A program made the translations under genes and the position numbers. This document shows, piece after piece, positions 57,187 to 64,000 of a stretch of 64,000 nt of DNA. Below the pieces are notes generated by a model that had not been told where the DNA came from, did not search any database, and was given only the letters and a program-made list of their open reading frames with translations. The DNA comes from a virus: positions 113,546-177,545 of IMG/VR virus record IMGVR_UViG_3300027969_000042. The stretch is one strand, 5' to 3'. Position 1 is the first letter of the stretch. Every line of letters begins with the position of its first letter.

Positions 57187-57330
57187 CTAAAAATTAAATA
57201 AGTTTTTTATTCTTTTCTTTCTTATATAATTCTTAGGAACAAAATTTGCAGTTGTGAACCCAGGATCTGAGACTAAATCAAATGTTTGTATATTAAATTG
57301 AGTGTAATCCATTTCCATCGTTGGCACCAT
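57187..57330 (-). CDS. Possible 43-47 aa ORF overlapping the 3' end of the gp55-like gene
   Basis: MVPTMEMDYTQFNIQTFDLVSDPGFTTANFVPKNYIRKKRIKNLFNF. Confidence 0.4.
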   Translation of the reverse strand: MVPTMEMDYTQFNIQTFDLVSDPGFTTANFVPKNYIRKKRIKNLFNF

Positions 57331-57658
57331 TTATTGAGATAAGTTTAATTAAATGTTCATTATCTCCTTTCTTTTTATAAAGGTCATTCCATCCTTTAGC
57401 CAATCCTCTTTTAAAGATTTCTGTAAAATAAGCAAATGCGTTGATTGATTTGTCTTCGTTAAAATTGAACCAGTTTTGAAACATATCTAGTAAACCACTT
57501 TGGTAGCAATCTAACTTGTCATCATTTGACCAGTATCTCATTTTTCTTATTGTCTTTTTTGCTAGTAACTCTAGCATTTTCTCCGCATTTCTTGTTAGTC
57601 GACCTTGTGCCTTTGACACAATGATCTCGATGTATAATTCTTTATTATTTAAGTACAT
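57293..57658 (-). CDS. gp55: Late-transcription sigma factor (T4 gp55-like)
   Basis: YLNNKEL...DDKLDCYQSG...NFNEDKSINAFAYFTEI. Confidence 0.8.
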   Translation of the reverse strand: MYLNNKELYIEIIVSKAQGRLTRNAEKMLELLAKKTIRKMRYWSNDDKLDCYQSGLLDMFQNWFNFNEDKSINAFAYFTEIFKRGLAKGWNDLYKKKGDNEHLIKLISINGANDGNGLHSI

Positions 57659-57736
57659 ATATAGCATTTATTTTTTTCAGAGTTGAACTCTGTAATGCTA
57701 TTCATTCATGTTATATATATTTGTTAAAAAAAGTTT

Positions 57737-57772
57737 AAAAAAAATACCCAAACTTTCATTTGGGTATTTTTT
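57737..57772 (-). terminator. Intrinsic terminator
   Basis: AAAATACCCAAA...TTTGGGTATTTT. Confidence 0.8.
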
Positions 57773-58427
57773 ATTCTTTTTTCTCACTGGCATATTTAAC
57801 ACCCATGATTGTACCTACAATAGAAAAAGCATTAGTAAGAAGTATTCCAAACATATTACTCCAAGTTGAACCAATAATTTGTGTATCTGCACCACTGAAT
57901 AAAGCAATTGCATACATTATTGTTGTTGTTACACCGACACCCATAATTACATAAAGAGCAACCTTTACAATTGTACTTATAAGTTCTGTCTGAGATTTCT
58001 TTTGTACGATTTCCAAATCATCTAATGCGGCATCTTTAGCATCCTCAGCCAGTTTTTTAGCTAACTCAGTAACTTCTAATGCAGTCTTTAACTCTTCATT
58101 TATTCTTTCATTTTCAATCTGTGAAGCAAGAAGATCTTTATTTGCTAACTCTATAACTTCCAATGTTTCTTTTAACTCTTCATTGATTCTTTCATTTTCT
58201 ACCTGTGATTCAAGAAGATCTTTATTTTGTATTTGTACTTGTTTTGTAATATCAAGTCTTCTTCTTCTCGTTTCTTTATCTTTATCGAGACAATCTTTAA
58301 TATATTTAGAAAATTCATCATCACCAGGTTCTGCCTCAATAATTTTTAGAATATTACCTTCAAGAAATATTTTTTTTAATTTCTTAATATCTAAGAGTAA
58401 GTCTCTCGTAATTTTATCTACTTTCAT
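57771..58427 (-). CDS. Coiled-coil protein with two C-terminal TM helices
   Basis: 28-aa tandem duplication followed by two hydrophobic helices. Confidence 0.65.
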   Translation of the reverse strand: MKVDKITRDLLLDIKKLKKIFLEGNILKIIEAEPGDDEFSKYIKDCLDKDKETRRRRLDITKQVQIQNKDLLESQVENERINEELKETLEVIELANKDLLASQIENERINEELKTALEVTELAKKLAEDAKDAALDDLEIVQKKSQTELISTIVKVALYVIMGVGVTTTIMYAIALFSGADTQIIGSTWSNMFGILLTNAFSIVGTIMGVKYASEKKE

Positions 58428-58521
58428 ATTTTACATATATCTTTAATTGAACATTGCTGACCTCATGACCCGAAGGTATTAGAAATCAGCAATGTTATGA
58501 ATAATAACTTATTTAGTTATC

Positions 58522-59805
58522 TTATCCTTTTATTCTTTCTTTATATTGTAATTCTTTAACTGCACTTAATTCAGTAGAAAGATTAGCTTGTCTTTTTTCT
58601 AAGTTAGATAAAGCAGTTGTTAAAACTTCTGATTCACCAATCATTTTTAAAGAACCTTTAACTTTATCAATATTAAATTCAACATCTTCTAATTTAAGAG
58701 AAATTTCTCTTTCTTTATCTTCAAGTTTTCTTTTAACAATTAATTCTTTACTTAATTTATTTTCGTAGAAATAAGTTAAATCATAGTTTAATTCATTTCT
58801 TACTTCATTTACTAATTCCAAAGCTGATTCATATTTAAAAAATGAGTTACCATATCTTTCATCACATCTGTAAACAAAAGTATTATTTTTGTAATTGAAT
58901 GCAAATACTTCTAAATAAGGATTTACTAAGTTATTAACTCTTTTTACAACATCTAATTCAACAAATTTATCTAAGTTTTTAGAAGTTTCTAATAAAACTG
59001 GATAAAAGTTTTTGTTAACGATAGGAATAATTGGAGAGTTAAATAAACTTTCTAATGTAGTTTCTTCATTTAATTCGTCATCATTGATGAATAATCCACT
59101 TTTTTTACCAACTGATAAACCAATTGTTAGATATTCTGAAATTCTAAAGTTAATTCTACTTTCAGTAACAGTTGAGTATTTCATTGCAGTTTCTAAAGTT
59201 CTTAAACTTCTTAATGCAGTTTCATCTTTAATATGATTTTCTAATAATGTTTTTTCAATTGAATTTTCAGTCAATAAAAACCAAGAATCTCTAACTAAAG
59301 CAACATGCCCTTCTTCAACTTGTTCTACAACAGTAAAGATTGACTCACCACTACCACCACTTAAAAGATTAGATCTTTTTTCTGGAGATTTTGTTAAGTT
59401 ATGAACAAATACTTTAATTTCTGGAACCCAGTCATAAATAGCTAATTCATTAAGAATTTTTGACATTCTATCTTGATCTGATTCAAGATTAATTGTTTGT
59501 AATAAAACGTTTATAGGTTGTCTGTAAAGTTCTCCTTGATTTCTTGTATTAAGAACACCATATAGATTTTTCAATTCGTATAGTAATTCAAATGCAGCCA
59601 TATCATCATTAAGACCTTCTAATAATACCTTCACACCTTTATCATAAGTATAAGGTTTTAATCTTTCATTAAGAGAAGTAATTATAGTTTTCTCTGAATG
59701 TTGATTACAAGCATTCATATGTCCTTCTACAATCGTAGATATTTCTTCTTGATCAAGAGAAAGATCCTTTTTGAAGTTAAACAATTCAAGTTTAAGATTC
59801 TTCAT
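58522..59805 (-). CDS. Hypothetical late protein, probably structural
   Basis: 427 aa with a C-terminal coiled coil; late promoter at 59835..59843. Confidence 0.55.
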   Translation of the reverse strand: MKNLKLELFNFKKDLSLDQEEISTIVEGHMNACNQHSEKTIITSLNERLKPYTYDKGVKVLLEGLNDDMAAFELLYELKNLYGVLNTRNQGELYRQPINVLLQTINLESDQDRMSKILNELAIYDWVPEIKVFVHNLTKSPEKRSNLLSGGSGESIFTVVEQVEEGHVALVRDSWFLLTENSIEKTLLENHIKDETALRSLRTLETAMKYSTVTESRINFRISEYLTIGLSVGKKSGLFINDDELNEETTLESLFNSPIIPIVNKNFYPVLLETSKNLDKFVELDVVKRVNNLVNPYLEVFAFNYKNNTFVYRCDERYGNSFFKYESALELVNEVRNELNYDLTYFYENKLSKELIVKRKLEDKEREISLKLEDVEFNIDKVKGSLKMIGESEVLTTALSNLEKRQANLSTELSAVKELQYKERIKG

Positions 59806-59875
59806 ATTTCTAATTTATTATTTTTTTATATTACTATATATTAAGGGAAAAAAGCCATTTTTTTCCTTTTTTATT

Positions 59876-60769
59876 TTATTTCTTATTATTTCCCAAATCA
59901 CCGTTAGGATTATCATATCTTCTAGAGCTTTGTTCTCTAGCTCTTAGAATATTATTAAACCAACGTGTTCTTTTAGGCGTTACAAAAAATCCAGAATTTG
60001 GTTCTCCAGCAGTACTTCCACCTCGAACATTATTAAAAAAGTCAGAATAACCACCTTCTAGTGTATATCCATTCATATCTGACATACCACCATTTTCTTT
60101 TGTATAACCAGGGAAGTCTACTCTATCTCTTCTAAAAGCAGGATAGTATGTTTGTACTTCAAATGATACAGTCATTTTTATAGAATTGTCAGATGTTAAA
60201 TTTTTATCTCTAGTCATTTCAATAGAATTTGAATCTGGCATTAGAATAACTGCATCTATATTCATAAAGTTATGTTCAAAATACATAAATTTATATATCC
60301 ATAATGTATCCATAATAGCTTGACTACATTTAAAACTATCTATCTCACTTGATAATGTAATTACTAAGTCATAACTAACTGTTACAGGAACTGCTCTAAT
60401 TCGGCCTAAAACTTTTTTTATTTCAACTTCATTCTCAACAACAGTTCTTAACCAAACATTTGGATTTGCAAATTCATCTGAACGAATTGCAAATGACTTC
60501 ATAGTTAGATGTCCTCTTGGTATAATATCTGTATTTAATTCAAGATACCTACCATTTCCAGTAGAATCGCCTGAAACTATATCATCAGTAAATGTATCTA
60601 ACAAAAATCTTTCATCACCAGTCATTGAATAGTAGAAAGGAACTTCTACAAATTTATCACCAGACGTAAATCTATTTACCCACTTTACTTGACCCTCTAA
60701 TGTATCTAATACACATACTGTCAAATCTCTAAAGAATACATCTTCAAAATTAAATCTATCTCCAATCAT
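59876..60769 (-). CDS. gp15: Tail terminator / sheath stabiliser (T4 gp15-like)
   Basis: FFRDLT...EVPFYY...ERFL...IPRG...AVPVTVSYDLVI. Confidence 0.7.
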   Translation of the reverse strand: MIGDRFNFEDVFFRDLTVCVLDTLEGQVKWVNRFTSGDKFVEVPFYYSMTGDERFLLDTFTDDIVSGDSTGNGRYLELNTDIIPRGHLTMKSFAIRSDEFANPNVWLRTVVENEVEIKKVLGRIRAVPVTVSYDLVITLSSEIDSFKCSQAIMDTLWIYKFMYFEHNFMNIDAVILMPDSNSIEMTRDKNLTSDNSIKMTVSFEVQTYYPAFRRDRVDFPGYTKENGGMSDMNGYTLEGGYSDFFNNVRGGSTAGEPNSGFFVTPKRTRWFNNILRAREQSSRRYDNPNGDLGNNKK

Positions 60770-60817
60770 AAAAGTATATATTAAAAAATATAAGTCTCTA
60801 ATTTAATATATAGATAT

Positions 60818-61615
60818 ATGAAGTACTTAAAAATATTTGAAGATTTTAATAATGATTTTCCTGATGTATTTAATGGAACATTAGTAAGAGGTGTTAAAAT
60901 TGATAAAGATGAATATATCGATGATCCTAAATTGCGTACAGTAAGTTCTGGAAATTCAATTGATGAAGATTATATTGAGTTTATAAATAATTATTCTAAC
61001 TTGGGAATTCCACATCCTTTAAAATCAGTGCATATGTATTTTAGACCAAATCCAGATAGTTCGATTAGTTGGTATGGAACAGCATTTGATATTATTCCTC
61101 AAGAAGGTGCAATCTTTGGTTTTAATAAAGAATTAAGAAACGGTGGATTAGGAAGTACTTGGTTCTCTCCAGAGAGAACTGCACAAGATTTCTTAGATAA
61201 AAAAGTTGAAAAATTTCCAGATTACTATGAAGATAAAGATGGATTCATGGAAGAAATTACTAAATACCAGAAAATGCTAATTGATGGTGGTGTAATCGGA
61301 ACACTAACTTATGATGAACTACTTAAAATGTCTAAAGAAGAAGGAGAAACATTACAAGTTTGGACAGAATCACCTTGTCATCATAAAAAACATATAAAAG
61401 TAAAAGAACCTAAGGAAAATAAACCATATAAAAGTGAAACTATACTAACCGATGATGATTTTATGGAATTGGGTATTGATAATAATGGTAGAAATGAATT
61501 TTACAAACAATACGGCAAAGAGATCAATAGAACAGATCTTGTTATACCAATTGGACGTAAAAGAAGATTAGCATTAGACTTATTAAAAAAATGGAAAGAG
61601 AATGAATTACATTAA
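60818..61615 (+). CDS. Hypothetical protein with a capsid-targeting-like N-terminus
   Basis: Starts MKYLKIFEDF. Confidence 0.65.
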   Translation: MKYLKIFEDFNNDFPDVFNGTLVRGVKIDKDEYIDDPKLRTVSSGNSIDEDYIEFINNYSNLGIPHPLKSVHMYFRPNPDSSISWYGTAFDIIPQEGAIFGFNKELRNGGLGSTWFSPERTAQDFLDKKVEKFPDYYEDKDGFMEEITKYQKMLIDGGVIGTLTYDELLKMSKEEGETLQVWTESPCHHKKHIKVKEPKENKPYKSETILTDDDFMELGIDNNGRNEFYKQYGKEINRTDLVIPIGRKRRLALDLLKKWKENELH

Positions 61616-62156
61616 ACTATTTGAAGATTTTACATTCTCTGATTTATACGATAAGAATAAATGGGTTGAACTTTCTATGGAAGATAGAAAAAAACTAAAA
61701 AAAGAGATATGGGAAATTGTTGACCTAGCATATAAACCACTTGGTGGTCACGTTAGAATATCAAGTCCTGATGCAGTAGTAAATGACCCAGACTTAACTT
61801 TTTGGACTGCAGTTGATATAGATAAAGATCCTAATGCGGATGTTATTATATTTTCAAGAGAATCTCACGGACATAAAATTTCTGGTTGGGGTCACGATGG
61901 TACAAAAGAAGCTAGAAAAGAACTAATGAAACAATTGATTATCCTATTACATAAAGAAGGATTTTGGATTGAAGTTTCAGGAAGACCAGCAGAGATACTT
62001 ATAGGAGCAGGTTGTAAATACTGTGATAAACAAACTGTTAGTAAAATTTTTCCTCACTCAGAGATAAACTGGATAAGACAAGGTCTTTACACAAGAACTC
62101 TCCCGGACCATACTATAACAGAAGAAGAATATCTAATTGGACGTCCAAAAGTATAA
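61602..62156 (+). CDS. Hypothetical protein with a capsid-targeting-like N-terminus
   Basis: Starts MNYIKLFEDF. Confidence 0.65.
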   Translation: MNYIKLFEDFTFSDLYDKNKWVELSMEDRKKLKKEIWEIVDLAYKPLGGHVRISSPDAVVNDPDLTFWTAVDIDKDPNADVIIFSRESHGHKISGWGHDGTKEARKELMKQLIILLHKEGFWIEVSGRPAEILIGAGCKYCDKQTVSKIFPHSEINWIRQGLYTRTLPDHTITEEEYLIGRPKV

Positions 62157-62182
62157 ACTTTTTTGATAATTTTTGATATACT
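62155..62182 (+). promoter_or_regulatory. Putative early/middle promoter AAACTT-N16-TATACT (clamp loader)
   Basis: The same architecture recurs upstream of replication genes. Confidence 0.5.
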
Positions 62183-62202
62183 CATGAGAAAATGAGATAA
62201 AT

Positions 62203-63174
62203 ATGTCAGTAAATAAATTATTATTATGGGAAAAGTGGCGTCCGAAAACTATCGACGACATTATATTACTTCCAAGAATTAGAAAAGAATTAGAAAGTGG
62301 TGTAAATCAACACTATATCTTCCACGGTCACTACGGAACCGGTAAAACTAGTTTAGCTAGAATACTAATTGGTAGATACTCAAAAGAAACCCCTTACTTA
62401 GAATTAAACTGTTCAATGGATACATCAATTGATGTTCTTAGAACTGAAATTGATAACTTCTGTAAGTTTACTCCAATGATGGATACTAATTCAGATATTA
62501 AATATGTATTCTTAGATGAGTTTGAAAGAGTTTCAGCAAACTTCCAAGATGCTTTTAAAGCATTTATAGAAAGATATAACAGAAACGTTCGTTTTATCAT
62601 TACAACGAACCATATAAACAAAATATCTGATGGACTAAAATCAAGAATTAAACAAATTGGATTTGATTGTCAAGGAGTAGAAGAAGAAAAATATCTTAAA
62701 CAAGAAATTTATAAAAAGATTACCAATGAAATTCTTCCTAAAGAAGAATCAGAGATACCAAAAGAAGATTTAGTCAACATTATTACTAAAAAGTTTCCAG
62801 ATTTTCGTTCAGTATTAGTTGAAGTTCAAAGTTATTTAGAAACAGGTTCTATAAGTGATGGAACAGGTAATGTTTCTGCAAAAGTGAAGTTAGAACTTTA
62901 TAATGCTTTATATGAAGATTTAGACTTTGAGAAAACATATCATTTTCTAATGTCAAACTTTGGAGCTGAGAAAATTGATGTGATGATTAAATTATTAGGG
63001 AAACCCTTTATTGATTGGTGTATTACAGATAAAAAAGAAAGTGTCAATAAATTATTTGAAACTGCTTATGTAATTGCAGATTATACTTCAAAGTTAGAAG
63101 GAGCAACTGATCCTCTTATATTAGGGATCACAATTATAGGAAAATTTAGAGATATATTAAAAAACCCAGTTTAA
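62203..63174 (+). CDS. gp44: Clamp loader AAA+ subunit (T4 gp44/RFC-like)
   Basis: WEKWRPKTIDDI, GHYGTGKT, FLDEFE and LKSR. Confidence 0.92.
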   Translation: MSVNKLLLWEKWRPKTIDDIILLPRIRKELESGVNQHYIFHGHYGTGKTSLARILIGRYSKETPYLELNCSMDTSIDVLRTEIDNFCKFTPMMDTNSDIKYVFLDEFERVSANFQDAFKAFIERYNRNVRFIITTNHINKISDGLKSRIKQIGFDCQGVEEEKYLKQEIYKKITNEILPKEESEIPKEDLVNIITKKFPDFRSVLVEVQSYLETGSISDGTGNVSAKVKLELYNALYEDLDFEKTYHFLMSNFGAEKIDVMIKLLGKPFIDWCITDKKESVNKLFETAYVIADYTSKLEGATDPLILGITIIGKFRDILKNPV

Positions 63175-63188
63175 AACTGGGTTTTTTT
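63159..63188. terminator. Bidirectional intrinsic terminator
   Basis: AAAACCCAGTTT...AAACTGGGTTTT. Confidence 0.85.
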
Positions 63189-63190
63189 AA

Positions 63191-63550
63191 TTATTGTATT
63201 TCATTTACCATAATTGGATTCATAAAGGATGGTTTCTCACCATTTTTGGTAGTTCCTTTTATAGTAACTTCTTGTCCGTCAAATTCAGTTAAATCCCAAA
63301 CCATTACATCACCAGATAATACCGAAGTACCATCTATAGTTTTATTCATACTTCTAATTTTAATAACTGGAGTTTTTGATGAACCATCTTGTACTTCTAA
63401 CTTACCACTTACTTCAAAACTATCATCATTGAATTGGTCTTCTACTTCAGTACCACGTCCAAATTTAGAACTAATACTAGAACGAGTTTTATCTACTTCA
63501 GATCTAACATCATCTAAAATACCTTCATTAAATTTTTTTAAATATTTCAT
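63191..63550 (-). CDS. Hypothetical protein with a capsid-targeting-like N-terminus
   Basis: Starts MKYLKKFNEG. Confidence 0.65.
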   Translation of the reverse strand: MKYLKKFNEGILDDVRSEVDKTRSSISSKFGRGTEVEDQFNDDSFEVSGKLEVQDGSSKTPVIKIRSMNKTIDGTSVLSGDVMVWDLTEFDGQEVTIKGTTKNGEKPSFMNPIMVNEIQ

Positions 63551-63581
63551 TTTAAAACTTTATTTTTTATTATATTATATA

Positions 63582-63953
63582 TTATTTATCAAAAATGATT
63601 TTCACTTCTGTTACTGGTAAATCAATAATAGTATCTCTCTTAACAGAAAAGAAAATACCACTTCCCTTAATCTTACAAGACATTCTATATTTATATCCTT
63701 TATTCTTCATATAATCCAATAACATAAAAACTTTATCTTTAATTGATTCAAAATCAATCTCATTATATATGAAGTCTCTCCTATTATCATTATCTACAAT
63801 ATCGACTGGTAATTTAATAGAAACCTCTAAAGCCCAAGACTTATCAGTTATTTCTACCATATTATTATCCATTAAATCGACTAAAATACCCTCTATACTA
63901 TCTATTATATCAGATGGAGATTGACCTTCATTAAATTTCTTTAAATATCTCAT
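63582..63953 (-). CDS. Hypothetical protein with a capsid-targeting-like N-terminus
   Basis: Starts MRYLKKFNEG. Confidence 0.65.
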   Translation of the reverse strand: MRYLKKFNEGQSPSDIIDSIEGILVDLMDNNMVEITDKSWALEVSIKLPVDIVDNDNRRDFIYNEIDFESIKDKVFMLLDYMKNKGYKYRMSCKIKGSGIFFSVKRDTIIDLPVTEVKIIFDK

Positions 63954-64000
63954 TAAGTATATATAAAATTTTAATATATAATTTATGGCGAATTTTAATT

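Noticed and set aside
57235-57290. Possible tRNA gene
   Set aside because: No cloverleaf could be built; the sequence reads better as a small ORF. No tRNA gene was recognised anywhere in the window.
58450-58496. SRP RNA (plus-strand CAUG-ACC-CGAA-GGU-AUUA resembles domain IV)
   Set aside because: The conserved CAGG/AGCA loop and GNRA tetraloop are not matched, and the minus strand folds better.
9480-63174. Inteins in helicase, primase, polymerase or clamp loader
   Set aside because: Protein lengths are normal apart from the palm insertion, and there are no intein splice-junction motifs.
327-63620. Short ORF-track entries overlapping larger genes (for example 327..509, 1262..1498, 2685..3006, 16946..17231, 46610..46807, 52250..52594, 58183..58446, 63246..63620)
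   Set aside because: They are antisense or alternate-frame shadows of well-supported genes, with no motif or promoter support.

Overview
A 64 kb, very AT-rich, gene-dense segment of a large T4-like (jumbo) myophage, read in the standard genetic code. It contains virion genes (gp5-like hub/spike, gp27-like hub, tail fibre, gp15, portal gp20, a gp21 protease-scaffold fusion, major capsid gp23, gp2, gp4), a gp55-like late sigma factor, and replication/recombination genes (UvsW, UvsY, primase, clamp, clamp loader, C-terminal half of a split family-B DNA polymerase, Dam). It also carries host-like translation and proteolysis genes (IF3, tmRNA, RNase R, ClpP, an NFACT-R protein, M42 and M28-like peptidases), NADAR and three free-standing homing endonucleases. 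A canonical TTTG-N19-TAnnTTTG promoter, an LTSC lipoprotein and DUF6576-like motifs point to a Bacteroidota host (inference). The top observation is a 39-nt GC-rich hairpin with an in-frame UAG inserted exactly between the Y and G of polymerase motif B, 42 codons into the gene and next to an HNH endonuclease. This layout resembles the T4 gene 60/mobA bypass cassette, but there is no matching take-off/landing codon, so an unusual bypass or mini-intron is implied. Also notable: about 18 proteins share a T4-like capsid-targeting N-terminus (a candidate injected enzyme set), the tmRNA has an unusually long tag, and two phage promoter classes are visible. All family assignments come from motif recognition only; no searches were run.
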